Shown here piece after piece: positions 50,111-64,000 of a stretch of DNA of 64,000 nucleotides. The stretch's first letter is position 1. Every line of letters begins with the position of its first letter. Origin of the DNA: Octopus sinensis (Eukaryota); assembly GCF_006345805.1 (NCBI RefSeq), contig NW_021833641.1, forward strand, positions 1-64,000, given 5' to 3'. A program made the position numbers and the translations under genes. The notes beneath the pieces were generated by a model, which saw nothing but the letters and a program-made list of their open reading frames with translations, searched no databases and was not told where the DNA came from.

Positions 50111-51875
50111 GATGACGCTGACGAAAATGGCGATGGTGATGTCATTTCTAAAGATTAAGGATTTAACGGAGAAAAATGATAATTTCTGAAATATTGGAAT
50201 GGTATTTCTCTTGTCAGATTTTACTAATCACTTTGATGATTGCAGTGGCGGGGGTGGTGTGGGAGGGCAGGGTGGGTACGGTAGCAGTGATGATCACGAT
50301 GATGATGATGATGATGATGGTGATTGTGATGGTGATAATGCTTTTGGCGCCAGTGGGTGTGGTGCTGATCGCGATGGTAGCAGACACCATCATGGACGGA
50401 GATGGTGGTGGTGTTGGTGGTGGTGTTGGTGGTGGTGTAGGTGGTCGGCAATTGTCTTGGTAGAGGTGGTCACGGGTTAGTTGACGGTGATGTTGTTGTT
50501 GTATTTACTGGTGGTGGATTTTTGGTGGGGGTGGTGAATTTCTTAGTGGCGGGTGGGGGGTGAGGTTGGCCTTCATAGATGTGATGGTCATGGCTAGGCC
50601 GGTAGTGTGTTATTGCATAATGGTCGTGGTAGAGGTGATAGTGATGCATTTGGCGGCGATGGTGGTGGTGGGGTGGTGGTGGAGATGCTGTCGGTGGTGT
50701 CCTTTATTGTAGTCATAGTAACAGTGGTGATGGTTTGATGGTGCGGGTGGGTGGGGTTACGTTCGTATTGGCCGTTCTGCTCGTGGTGGTGGTGGTGGGT
50801 GACAGAGGTGTCCTTATTGAATCTCCCCCTCCTCCTCCCTCTCTTCTCCTCCCCTGCTGCTCCTCCGGCCCTCCTGCCCTCCTGTCCCTCCTGCCCTCCT
50901 GTCCCTCTTCCCCTTCTCCGAACTCCTTTCCTGCAATCCTCCTCCTCATCACACCGCTTCTCCCATCTCTTTCATGAAATCATCTTCGATCTCATCTATC
51001 ATCCTTATCATCCTCATCATCATCATTATCATCATCATCATCGTCATCCTTAACATCATCATCATTATCATCATCATCATTGTAGCGGTTATAATGATGG
51101 TGTCTATTTTCGTATAGGTAGTGCTGCTTGTGGCGGTGATGGTGGTGATGGCATTAGTGGCGGTGATAGAAATGACGGTGGTGGCGGTGGCGGCGGAGGT
51201 GGTGGTGGTGATGGTGGTGGTGTTGGTGGTGTTAGAAGATGTGGCGACAGTGGTAGTTTTGATAGTGGTGTGGTGTAGGTGGTGTGGTGTCGGTGATAGT
51301 GGCATCGATGGTGGTGGTAAAGATGGTAGCGGTGGTGACAATGTTGGCGGCGATGGTTGTGAGGGCGGGAGTGCAGGGGGGGGGGGGTGATTGTGGGATG
51401 CGGGTGGTGGGGGTGGCGGCGGTGGTAAGTATATTGGTGGCGGTGTTCATGGTTATTGTGTTGAAATTCTTAATTGTTAGACGGGTGACGGAGGGGTGGC
51501 GACCAGTGATTGTGATGTTATGATTGATGGTGAGTGTGATGATGACGACGATGACGATGATGATGACCACCAGTAAATACAACAACTACATCAGCGTCAA
51601 CTAAACCGTGACCACCTCTACCAAGACCATTGCCGACCACCTACACCACCACCAACAACACCACCACCATCACCGTCCATGATGGGGTCTGCTACCATCG
51701 CTATCAGCACCACACCCACTGGCGCCAAAAGTATGCTGCTGATGTTCGTGAGGACGACGACGATGATAATGACGATGATTATCATGATGATTATGATGGT
51801 GATGGTATTGAAGATGACGATGATGACGTCGAATACGATGAGAAAGATAACGACGACGACGGCGATGATGATGAC

Positions 51876-51907
<32 letters not shown>

Positions 51908-51979
51908 CGACAACGAAGTTGATGATCGTGATGAAGATAATAGTTATTTCTACTTTTGAAAATTTTTTGGAGAAGGGGT

Positions 51980-52140
51980 TTAGTCTATTATATCGACTCC
52001 AGTGCGTAACTGGTACTTACTTCATCGACCCCGAAAGGATGAAAAACAAGGTCGACCACAGCGGAATTTTGAACTCAGAACGGAACGGCAGACGAACGTG
52101 TCACTAAGCATTTCGCCGGTCGTGCTAACGACTCTGCCAG
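51980..52140 (-). mobile_element. Nin/Deu-type SINE inserted in the GAT array
   Basis: cagtgcgtaactggtacttacttcatcgaccccgaaaggatg...gctaacgactctgccag. Confidence 0.8.
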
Positions 52141-52376
52141 ACGATGTTAATGATGATGATGACGATGATGGTGATGAGGATGATGATGATGACGATGGGG
52201 ATGAGGATGATGATGATGATGATGATGAGGAGGAGGAGGAGGAGAAGGTGGAGGATGGTGATGATGATGAGGAGGATGTTGATGATGATGATGAGGATGG
52301 TGATGATGATGATGATGTAGATGATGATGATGATGAAGATGATGACGATGATGAGGATGATGATGACGATGATGAC

Positions 52377-52431
<55 letters not shown>

Positions 52432-53781
52432 TTGATGATGATGATGAAGATGATGACGATGATGATGATGATGATGATGATGTTGATGATGATGATGAAG
52501 GGGAGGAGGGGGAAGATGATGATGACAAACGGCGATTATGATGATACTGGTGGTGATGTTTTGACAGGTCAATGACCATCTAAACACTTAGCAGGGTAAG
52601 GATTGCCAATTGTCATATGATGGTCATGTTCAAAATGATGATGATGATGATGATGGTGATGTTGATGGGGGTGGGTGCGGGCATTGGCTATTGATGGTAT
52701 GGTACGATGGTATGCTGCTAGAGATAGCAGTCATAGTGATAAACTTGCTAATGGCGATAATGATGATGATGATGATGATGGTGATAATTATGACCGAAGA
52801 TAATTCATTACAGGATCCTTGCTGCTGCTACGTCTGCTGCTGCTCCTGAAGATGATGACAGTGGCGATAATCTCGTTGCTTATGTTGTTGTTGTTGTTGT
52901 TATCGTGCTGTTTGGGGTAATGGTGTGAGGGGGAAACACTTGTGGGAATGGGGTTGGATTTGGTAAAGGTGGGGGCGATGGCGGTGGTGATGATGGTGGT
53001 GGCGATGATGCTACTACTTAGGGTGGTGTTGGTGATGGTGGTGGTGATGCTGTTGTTGCTGATAGTGGTGACGATGGCGGTGGTGGTGGTCGGGGTGTCC
53101 GTAATGTTGATGATGGGAACGGTGGCTGTGGTGATGGTAGCGCTCAAGGTGGAACTGCTTATGGTGTTGTTGGCGATGGTTGAGTTGGTAGTAATTAAGA
53201 TGGTGGCGGTGGTAGTCCGGTAAGTGAAGGCGGTGGTATGGTGATCGTGACATTGGTGGTGGAGGTGGTGTTGGTTCTAATATTACCTTGTTTGCGATTG
53301 CAGTGGTAGGGACGATGTTGGTGGTGGTGGGGACTGAGGTGAGAGTGGTGGTGGTGGTAGTGGATGGTAGAGTGTGAAGCGTGTTAACACTTGAGCTGAC
53401 ATTATTGGACGCAGTGGAAGCTGGTGTTGCTGTTGCTGTTGTTGTTGTTGATAGTGATGATGATCTGGAAGATGAGGATGATGTTAACGATGAAGACTAC
53501 GATGAGGATAGTGATGATGAAGATGTTGATAGTGATGACGATGACGATGATGATGATGACGATGATGATGATAATGATGCTGAAGTTGATTATAATCATG
53601 ATGACGGTAATGGTGATGTTAGTGATGATGATGGTGATGATGATGATGATGATGATGATAATGATGATGATGATGATGATGACGATGACGATGAAGAAGA
53701 TCATAATGATGATGTTGGTAATGATGGTGGTGATGATGATGGTAATGACAATGATGATGATGATGATGGTGATGATGATGT

Positions 53782-53813
<32 letters not shown>

Positions 53814-54805
53814 GTAATGATGATGGTGATGATGATGATGATGATGATGATGATTGTAATGATGATGGTGATGATGATGAAGAAGAGGATGGCGACGATG
53901 TTGATGACGTAGGTGAAGAGGTCGATAAAGGCGTGAAAGACGAGGACTTCCAGGAGAGAGATGGGAGAGGAAGTGTGAGGAGAGGGAGAGAGAAAGAGAG
54001 TAAGAGTTAGAGCTAGGAGTAGCAAGGGGCAGGAGCAGGGGGCAAATGAGAGCTGCAAGAGGGGGAGGATAAGGATCATAAGAGTTTCAATAAATACGAT
54101 GTCAAACATGATGGATGACGTTAACGCTAGAGGTGCTCAAGATAATTATTGAATGGGCTGGAGACGCGATGGTGGTGGTGGTGGCGCTGGTGGTGGCAGT
54201 GGTGGTAGCGCTGGTGGTAGTGGTGTGATGATGATGATGATGATGATGACGATGGTGGTGGTGGTGGTGGCGGTGGTGGTGATGGAGTTGATGATGATGG
54301 TACTGATGATGACAATGATGCTCATGTTAATACTGGTGTTGGTGGTGGTAGGGGAGGTGGTAGTTGAGATGATGATGATGATGATGGTGAATGTGATGGT
54401 GGATGTGATGGTAATGATGATGATGATGATGACGATCATGGTGATGATACTGGTAGTGGTGAGGATGGTGGTGGTATGCTGATAAAGATGAGGAAGACAA
54501 TAATGACGATGATTATGGTTATTATGACGATGATGACGATAATGACGATGATGATGATAATGGTGGTGATGATGGCGATGATGATGATGATGATGAAGGA
54601 AGAGGAGGAGAAAGTGGAGTGCTGAGGGTGATCATATCTGCCGTGGTGTCGATCGTGTTGGTGAAGACGATGATGATGACGGTGATCATACAGCTACTGC
54701 TGCTGATAGCGTGGTGTTCCTGCTGAAAATAATGACAATTATGCTGATGGTAATGGTGATGTTGATGATGATGATGATGATGATGACGACGATGACGACG
54801 ATGAC

Positions 54806-54837
<32 letters not shown>

Positions 54838-54887
54838 CGACGACGATGACGATGATGATGATGATGATGACGACGACGATGACGATA

Positions 54888-54928
<41 letters not shown>

Positions 54929-55775
54929 GACGACGACGACGATGACGACGATGACGATGATGATGATGATGATGATGATGCTGTTGATGTTGATGTTGAT
55001 GTTGATGATGACGATCATGATGATGACAATGACGACGATAATGATGATGATGATGATGATAATGATAATGATGACGAAGATGATGGCGGCGTGATGATGA
55101 CCCAGAAAGCTGATTGTTATGCTAGATGGCAATAATACCATTGTTAGTTCTTTTTCCTTTTATTCTTCCTCTTCTTGTTGTTGTCGTTGTTGCTCTTTAA
55201 CCGAAGGTCAGTCATGATCCATCTGAGTATATGATGAGAATCCATTTGGCGCCTGTGGGTGTGGTGCTGATAGGGATGATAGCAGACCCATCATTGCTGG
55301 CGATCGTGGTGGTGGTGGTGGTTTCAGATGCAATGGAGTTAGCAGAGATGGTCATAGTTTTATTGGCGATGATGTCGATGTTGTATTAGTGGTGATCCTT
55401 TTCACTACCAATACAACAAAACCATTGTCAACAAATCTGTGACCACCCCTACCATTCCGTGTTACCACAGCTCGGGATACTTCGTCTAATATGTTCTTTA
55501 TTTTGTAGTGCTGCAACATTTAATTTGATAGTGTCTGGCTGATATTTCTAGCATTTAAAGCATGTCTGGTTTCTTATTCTCTATCTCACGGTCTTTATAT
55601 CACCTGGAGGATATACCTCAATCCTTTTTATATTAACCAAAATGAAGTAGATTGGCAAAATTATTTTTTCAATCTATTGAAAACACACAAGATGTCGAAA
55701 TATCGTTCACTAGATGAAAATGGCACTCCTCATTTAATTTTGACTATATATCTTCTGGAAGAGTTACCTCAATCC

Positions 55776-55848
<73 letters not shown>

Positions 55849-55862
55849 GGAGCAGCAGTAGC

Positions 55863-55961
<99 letters not shown>

Positions 55962-57392
55962 TATGCAAATCCAGGAAGAAACTCTCTGACTTCTGATCGT
56001 AACTGATTGGAAGTGCCCTCACGTAGATGTTTTGTCTTGGTACAAAAGATGGACTTCAGCAATATACTTGTCACTTGCTTGACCTTAACTATTTGAGTAT
56101 GTCCCTTAGTTGCTGAGAATATGAGCATCTCTGATCAGGATCAGGAATACTGGGTAAGCATCGTAGCCATGTGCAGAATAATTTTGGGTGTTTGAATAAC
56201 TCACCTCTGGAAACATGGGTGTTTCGTCCATCATTCTTAAACACTTATTCAAGGACCTTTTGTGCGTGATAGACTATTTTATAAGATCAAAATTCTAACT
56301 GTTCAAGGTTATGCGCTGTTTGATTGAAAAAGTCGACCCCGGAAAAATTTGAACTCAGAATGTAAAGTTGTACGTAATATTGCTAACCATTTGGTTCGGT
56401 GAAGTGGTTATATTAATGTTATTCTAGTGGTTGTGATGATGAAGGTGGTATGGTGGTGGTGGTGATAGTACTAGATATTAAGGTGATTGTCACAATTGCA
56501 GTAGTAGTGGTGGTGGTCATGGATATGTTAGTGAAGTTGGTGTTGGTGGTTATGGTTATGATGATGGTGATAAATGTGGTGATGGTGTCGTTGGGGGCGA
56601 TGGTTATCTTGGAGATGACGGTGGGAGGTGGTATAGGCGTAGGATGGAGACAGTGTATGTGTGTGTGGGTGGGTGGGGGCATGTTTGTCGGTTTTGATGT
56701 GGTCTAACGGCAATAATGATGTCAATAATTATATTGATGACACGATGACAGTGATTGAGATGACTGTCAGAGGTGGTGATGACAACTGTTGACTACGAAA
56801 ATGACAATGGTGGTGGCGGGGATGATGACGGTGGTAATGGTGGTGATGATGATGATGATGATAAGATTGGTGATGCGATTTTGGACGATTCTAGAGGCGG
56901 AAGGGGGATGTTTGTCCTGATGACGATGGTGAGGACGATGACGGTGACAACGGTAATAATGGCGATGTTGATGATAATGTTGATGATGGCGCTGACGGTT
57001 GTAGTGGTGGTCGTCGTAGCGGCGATAGAGATGGTGGTGGTGATGACGGTCGGAATGATCTTCCTCCCTCGGCATGATGACCACTACGATGATGATGATG
57101 ATGATGATGTTGATGATGGCGATGATGATGGCGATGATGATGATGATGATGATGATCATGATGATGTGATGATGATGATGATGATGATGATAATGATGAT
57201 GATGGTGATGATGATGATGATGATGATGATGATAATGATGATGATGGTGTATGATGATGATGATGATGATGATGATGATAGTGATGATCACGGCGAAGAC
57301 TATGGCGATGATGATACGGATGATGGTGATGCTGCTGACAATGTTGGTGATGATGATGATTGAGAAGATGATGATCATCATCATCATCGCCA

Positions 57393-57805
57393 TCATTCCG
57401 TGGGATGAACATCATCTCAAACCATCAACACCACCACCATCATCATCCTTATCATCGTCATCATCACATTCATCAGTATCACCCCACCACCACGACTACC
57501 ACTAGCATCATCATAACCATCAACGTCCTCCTCCTCATCATCATCATCATTATCATCTTCATCATCATCATCTTCATCATCATCATCATAATCATCATCA
57601 TCTTCATCATCATCATCATCATCATCATCTTTATCATCATCTTCATCATCATCATCATCGCCATCATTCCGTGGGATGAACATCATCTCAAACCATCAAC
57701 ACCACCACCATCATCATCCTTATCATCGTCATCATCACATTCATCAGTATCACCCCACCACCACGACTACCACTAGCATCATCATAACCATCAACGTCCT
57801 CCTCC

Positions 57806-57836
<31 letters not shown>

Positions 57837-57891
57837 TATCTTCATCATTATCAACGCCATCATCATTATCATCATCATCATCATCATCATC

Positions 57892-57924
<33 letters not shown>

Positions 57925-57935
57925 TTCATCATCAT
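57393..57935. repeat. 271-bp tandem duplication within an inverted (CAT)n block
   Basis: cattccgtgggatgaacatcatctcaaacc at 57393 and 57664. Confidence 0.9.
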
Positions 57936-58324
57936 CATCATCATCATCCCCATCGTGTTTGTCGTCGTCGTTGTTATCACTTTGATTCTTATCAGTTCAT
58001 GAAATATGAGTAAAAAGAGCGAAATTAGATAATTATGACACCGAAGATAATGATATGATGATGAGGAGGGTTAGGATGAGGAGCAGGATGAGGGAGGAGA
58101 TGAGCACGATAATGAAGATGACTAAGAGGCTACTTTCAAACCCGCTGGTGTTGCTGGCGATAACGGCGATAATTCTGGCAGTGATGCTGACAATGTGATT
58201 TCAACGGTGGCCAACTGCTTACGTTGATGGTGATGATGATGATAAAATTGATGATGTTGATGATGATGATGATGATGTGATGATGATGATGATGATGATG
58301 ATGATGACGACGATGATGATGATG

Positions 58325-58368
<44 letters not shown>

Positions 58369-58442
58369 GATGATGATGTTGTTGTTGATGATGAAGATGT
58401 TGATGATGGTGACGATGATGATGATGATGATGATGATGATCT

Positions 58443-58475
<33 letters not shown>

Positions 58476-58614
58476 CGATGATGATGATGTTGATGATGAT
58501 GGTGATGATGATGATGATGATAATGACGACGACGACGGCGATGATGATGATGATGATGATGATGACGACGACGACGACGATGATGATGATGATGATGGCG
58601 ACGACGACGACGAC

Positions 58615-58672
<58 letters not shown>

Positions 58673-59160
58673 ATGATGATGATGATGATGATGATGATGA
58701 TAATGTTGATGATGATGATGATGATGATGATGGTGATGGTGATGGTGATGGTGACGAATAGGACGATGACGGTGCTGAAGACATCCCTGGTGTTGGAGGT
58801 GGGGTTGGTGTTGTTTCTGCTGATGGTGGTGATAAGGATGTTGGACGACAATGATATTGATGGTGGCAGTGATGACACTGTGTGATGATTTTGGAGCCAA
58901 TACTGGTATTGATGCTGCTTCTGATGGCGGCGGTGGTGGTGTAGTTGGTGGTGGTGCTGGTGTTGGTGGTAGTGGTGAGGATAAGGATGATCGCAATGAC
59001 GACGACGACAACGATGACAATATTAAATACGAGGCCGGTAACGATGAAAATGCTGTTGATGCAGATGCTGGCTACTGCTTTAACATTACCATTGCTGCTT
59101 ATGTTGCCGACGACGTTGATGATGATGATGATGGTTACGATGATGATGGTGATTATGGTG

Positions 59161-59192
<32 letters not shown>

Positions 59193-59399
59193 GGTTATGA
59201 TGATGATGATGGTGGTGGTGTTGATGATGGACATGATGATGATGATGATGATGATGATGACGACGATGTGGATGACGATGATGATGACGATGATGATGGT
59301 GATGACAATGATGATGATGATGATGATGACGATGATGACAATGTTGATGATGATGATAATGATGATGATGGTGATGACAATGATGATTATTATGGTTAC

Positions 59400-59433
<34 letters not shown>

Positions 59434-60125
59434 CGGATGCTGATGTTCCTGCTGCCGATGCTGCTGATGCCGCAACTGAAGCTGATACGATAATAATGAT
59501 GATGATGATGATGATCACTCCAATGATGATGATTAGAATGATGACGATGATGATGATAATAATGATGATGACGATGATAATGATGATGACGACGATAATG
59601 ATGACGATGACGACGATGGTGATGATGATGGCAATGCTGTATTTGCCAGTTGGAATCAACTCATTCAAAATGATTTGTCGATTTTGTGTAATGAGGCAAA
59701 CAAACACAATTTTTATTAGTTTCCTTCTTTGTTTTTGTTCTCGATTTTTTTTCTATTTTTCTTTCTTATTCAATGTTTTAGCTTTTAAGAAGCAGAAAAA
59801 AAAAACAACAAAAAAACAAATAAAATAAAACCGAGCCAAAAAGCAACAACAACAACAACAACAACAACAACAGAATCATAAAGAAACGAGTTTGGCATTT
59901 ATTATTTTTTTTCTTCTATTTTCTGTCCTTTTTCGAAAGAATGTCAAGCTGTGCTTTGTCCAAAGTCTTGTCTCCCAATATGTTGGACACAGCGCTCACC
60001 CGAACCACACCGACGGTTCCTATACCATTGCTGAGCGTGCAACAACCACCACAAACTACTGCTACTACTCCTACTAATACTACTACTCCTACTACTACTA
60101 TTGCTGCTGCTGCTACTACGACTAT

Positions 60126-60164
<39 letters not shown>

Positions 60165-60317
60165 CACAAGTGCTGCTGCTGGTGGTGATGATATTGATGC
60201 TATCACTACTACTACCACCACCATCACTACTACTACTACTACTACTAATACTACTAATACTACCACCACTACTACTACTACCACCACTACTACTACTACT
60301 ACTACTAGTACTACTAC

Positions 60318-60348
<31 letters not shown>

Positions 60349-61056
60349 GTCGATTTTGATGATGTTGATGCTATCACTACTTCTACTACTACTATTACTA
60401 CTACTACTCCTACTGCTGCTGCTACTGATGATGTTGATGCTATCACTAGTTTTACTACTACTACTTTTACTACTACCATTACTACTTCTGCTGCTGCTGC
60501 TGCTGACGATGATGATAACGATGATGATGATGTTGATGCTATTACTACTACTAATTACTACCATTGCTCCTGCTGCTGCTGCTAACATTTCAACTACCAC
60601 CACCACCACTATCACCAACACCACCACCACTATCACCAACACCACCAACACCATCACTACTACTACTACTACTGCTACTGCTGCTCTCATCTTGCCCTCT
60701 TATTCCGTTTAAACCATATCTGATGGAAGAGGCTTGACAGCAGTTATTGCTGTTGTTGTTGTTGTCCAATCCAGACTCGGATTACCTTTAATCAAATAAT
60801 CCTTGGATTACATTAACGAACGGTTCCCTTTATTACCAAGAAATATAACTCTTAATTTAAGGGAGTCGCTCTTACTATTTCCTAACGGGGTGGGGAGCAT
60901 CCTTATTCTTCAAAACAGCTGTGGCTCTGTCGATCCAATTGGAATTTAATTAATCATGTGATTTGCTCAGAAGAAAATTATCCAATGATTGGGAGGATGG
61001 TTAAATTCTACTCAAATCCCTTCAAAATATCTGATTTCAATATCGAGGATGTTATT

Positions 61057-61478
61057 TACTCTTTACTCTCTCTTTTACTCTTTTACTTGTTTCAGTCATT
61101 TGACTGCGGCCATGCTGGAGCACCGCCTTTAGTCGAGCAAATCGACCCCGGGACTTATTCTTTTTGTAAGCCCAGTACTTATTCTATCGGTCTCTTTTTG
61201 CCCAACCGCTAAGTGACGGGGACGTAAACACACCAGCATCGGTTGTCAAGCAATGCCAGGGGGACAAACACAGACACACAAACACACACACATACATATA
61301 TATATACATATATACGACAGGCTTCTTTCAGTTTCTGTCTACCAAATCCACTCACAAGGCATTGGTCAGCCCGGGGCTATAGCAGAAGACACTTGCCCAA
61401 GATGCCACGCAGTTGGACTGAACCCGCAACCATATGGTTGGTTAGCAAGCTACTTACCACACAGCCACTCCTGCGCCT
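61057..61478 (-). mobile_element. Full-length SINE family 1
   Basis: Complete tail-to-head match. Confidence 0.93.
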
Positions 61479-61564
61479 ATATTTGGAAATGTTACTGTTA
61501 GGATCATTGTGGTTTTCATCACTAGATGTCGAAATCCTAAAAAAAAAAAAAAATTGATGTATCA

Positions 61565-61973
61565 TAGGCGCAGGAGTGGCTGTGTGGTAAGTAGCTTGTT
61601 TACCAACCGCATGGTTCCGGGTTCAGTCCCACTGCGTGGCACCTTCGGCAAGTGTCTTCTACTCTAGCCTCGGGCCGACCAAAGCCTTGTGAGTGGATTT
61701 GGTAGACGGAAACTGAAAGAAGCCCGTCGTATCTATGTATGCATGTATATGTGTGCGTGTAAGTTTGTGTTTGTCCCCCTAGCATTGCTTGACAACCGAT
61801 GCTGGTGTGTTTATGTCCCCGTCACTTAGCGGTTCCGCAAAAAGAGACCGATAGAATAAGTACTGGGCTTACAAAAGAATAAGTCCCGGGGTCGAGTTGC
61901 TCGATTAAAGGCGGTGCTCCAGCATGGCCACAGTCAAATGACTGAAACAAGTAAAAGAGTAAAAGAGAGTAAA
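61565..61973 (+). mobile_element. Full-length SINE family 1
   Basis: taggcgcaggagtggctgtgtgg to gaaacaagtaaaagagtaaaagagag. Confidence 0.93.
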
Positions 61974-62157
61974 GTGTATATAGACGTAAAATAGAGCCAA
62001 TGCTGGTATTGATGCTGCTTCTGATAGCGGTTGTGATGTTTTTGGTGATGATGATGTTGATGATGAGGACAAAGATGATCACAATGACGACGTCAACGAT
62101 GACAACATTAAATACGAGTAGTAGTAGTTGTAGTAGTAGCAGCAGTAGTTGCAGTAA

Positions 62158-62197
<40 letters not shown>

Positions 62198-62296
62198 TGT
62201 AGTAGTAGTAGTAGAACTCGTAGTAAAAGAAGTGTTAGTATCAACATCACCAACATCATCATCATCATCAGCACAGCTGTAGCAGTAGCAGCAGTA

Positions 62297-62337
<41 letters not shown>

Positions 62338-62355
62338 TATTATTATTATTATTAT

Positions 62356-62390
<35 letters not shown>

Positions 62391-62409
62391 ACTAAATCTG
62401 AATTTATTA

Positions 62410-63030
62410 TTCATTTCTTTCAGAAAAATTTTGCGAAAATTTCTACAGGTTTTCAAAGTTTGATAGTTTTCGGAATTTTCAACCAATCAAAAAACAGCGC
62501 GTTTGCTGCCTCTTCCATCATCTGTCACAGTAGCAAGAAAGTTGTGTGTAGCGGAGGAGGCACCAGCATGTATAAAATTTTAAATAGCTACAGTAAAGAA
62601 TGAAAAGTATTAAAAGATTCGCGAACAAACTAAATATTGGAAAGCAACCAGCAAACCAACAGGAGTTGCTAGAAATAACAGTGAAAACATTGCTTAAACA
62701 CATTTATTAGTAAAAACGAATTCAAGAACGAAAGTTGGCAATACACTCTAGAATTGGATTCCTACCGTTATGAAAAAAACATTTATAGAACGAGGGGTGT
62801 TTACCCTCTTTGTGCGCATGCGCTGCATGTTTGGTTACTATGGAAACAGAGTTCTTCGCAATCAGCTATGGAACACGTGGTGTTTCTTTGCTTACTATGC
62901 TAATACAGCTTCACGGTGATGTGTAAAATACTCGCTTCTGATTGGTTAAAATAGACAAATTTTGGAAATTTTAAAGTCGAATAACTTTAATTATGAATTC
63001 TAAGAAAAATAAATTTCATTTCCATAAGTA
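62410..63030. mobile_element. Possible decayed non-autonomous DNA transposon
   Basis: Weak inverted motifs ttttcaaccaatcaaaa (~62478) / ttctgattggttaaaa (~62937); no ORF. Confidence 0.3.
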
Positions 63031-63269
63031 GCATACAAAACTTAATCGATATACCAAATTTGAAAACAATTGGAAGTTATTTGTAGACAGCGACGATAAC
63101 CACAAAGTTCTCCCTGCTCTGTAGGGAATGTGATTTCGAGATGTAAGACTTATGTCATGTGTATGATGTCAAGATTCTAATTAGAGGTCTCATATATATA
63201 GCTTTCTACTACAGGCACGAGACCTGAAATTTTGTGGGATAGGGCTAATCGGTTACATCGAGCCCATGT

Positions 63270-63610
63270 AAGGCGGCGAGCTGGCAGAAACGTTAGCACG
63301 CCGGGCGAAATACTTAGCGGTATTTCGTCTGCGTTACGTTGTGAGTTCAAATTCCGCCGAGGTCGACTTTGCCTTTCATCCTTTCGGGGTCGATAAATTA
63401 AGTACCAGTTACGCACTGGGGTCGATGTAATCGACTTAATACCTATGTCTGTCCTTGTTTGTCCCCTCTGTGTTTAGCCCCTTGTGGGTAATAATGAAAT
63501 AGGTTACATCGAGCCCACTGTCTGTCTGGGACTTAGTTTACCGATCCCGAAACGATGAAGGCAAAGTTGACCGCGGAGGGATTTAATCTCGGAACATAAA
63601 GACGGGCGAA
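63270..63610. mobile_element. Nin/Deu-type SINE (+, 63270-63505) followed by inverted fragment
   Basis: aaggcggcgagctggcagaaacgttagcacgccggg head to aataatgaaatagg tail; then gatcccgaaacgatgaaggcaaagttgacc. Confidence 0.85.
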
Positions 63611-63624
63611 ATGCCGCCAAGTTT

Positions 63625-63993
63625 CAAGGCCGGTTTGTTAACTTTCTACATGAACTCAATGAAAATCAGGTACAGCAAAGTTTGGAAGTCTGCAGTATGC
63701 TACTTTCTCGTCAGAAAAATGAATCATTTCTGAATCGAATTGTAACATGTGATGAGAATTGGAACGAATACAACAACCGTAAATATTCAGCACAATGGTT
63801 GAACAAAGACGAGCCACCAAAACACAGTCCCAAAAGCAAAATTCATCAACAGCAGTTGATGGTGTGTGTTTGGTGGTCTGGTGCAGCTGTGATTCATTAT
63901 GAGTTCATGAAACTTGGCTCATCAATCACGGCAGTATTCCGCAGCCAACTGGACCAAATGATGCAGAAACTTACAAAAAAAACCCTAGATTAG
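63625..63993 (+). pseudogene. Mariner transposase fragment with first catalytic Asp motif
   Basis: FLNRIVTCDENWNEYNNRKYSAQWLNKDEPPKHSPKSKIHQQQLMVCVWWSGAAVIHYEF; premature stop near window edge. Confidence 0.9.
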
Positions 63994-64000
63994 TCAGCAG

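Larger units (their letters stand above)
47620..60710. repeat. ~13 kb mosaic of (GAT)n, (GGT)n, (TAT)n, (TAG/ACT)n arrays with recurring spacer modules in both orientations
   Basis: Visible triplet arrays; shared modules 50340-50515 / inverted 51565-51732 / 55245-55320; 58893-59030 / 61994-62118. Confidence 0.92.

Noticed and set aside
47706-60712. Long poly-Asp, poly-Met, poly-His, poly-Ser, poly-Thr ORFs up to 370 aa
   Set aside because: Expected open frames of (GAT)n/(CAT)n/(ACT)n; overlapping ORFs in several frames and both strands; no splice or signal-peptide evidence.

Overview
AT-rich eukaryotic repeat-dominated DNA. The SINE families, dense (TA)n/(TATC)n/(TAA)n/(GAT)n arrays and TE mix look like a coleoid cephalopod, probably Octopus; this is inferred from recalled repeat families, not a database search. 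No host protein-coding gene can be supported, and almost all listed ORFs are microsatellite artefacts. Recognisable content: tRNA-derived SINEs of about four families; decayed Penelope-like elements (PLEs; N-terminal, RT and GIY-YIG fragments); R4/Dong-type, Tx1/L1-type and CR1/L2-type LINE 3' ends; mariner, maT/Tc1 and Tigger-like DNA transposon remnants; a nested Helitron; 79-, 43- and 27-bp tandem repeats; and a ~13 kb trinucleotide mosaic (47.6-60.7 kb). The most notable signal is more than a dozen type I hammerhead ribozyme (HHR) motifs from about eight unrelated repeat families. Four have an intact core with complete stems. One sits at the junction of a 465-bp noncoding tandem unit (retrozyme-like), two sit in the arms of a ~418-bp palindrome, and several families show a non-canonical CCGANGA core. 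PLE-associated HHRs are an established class; whether these families and variants are undescribed needs searches I cannot run.
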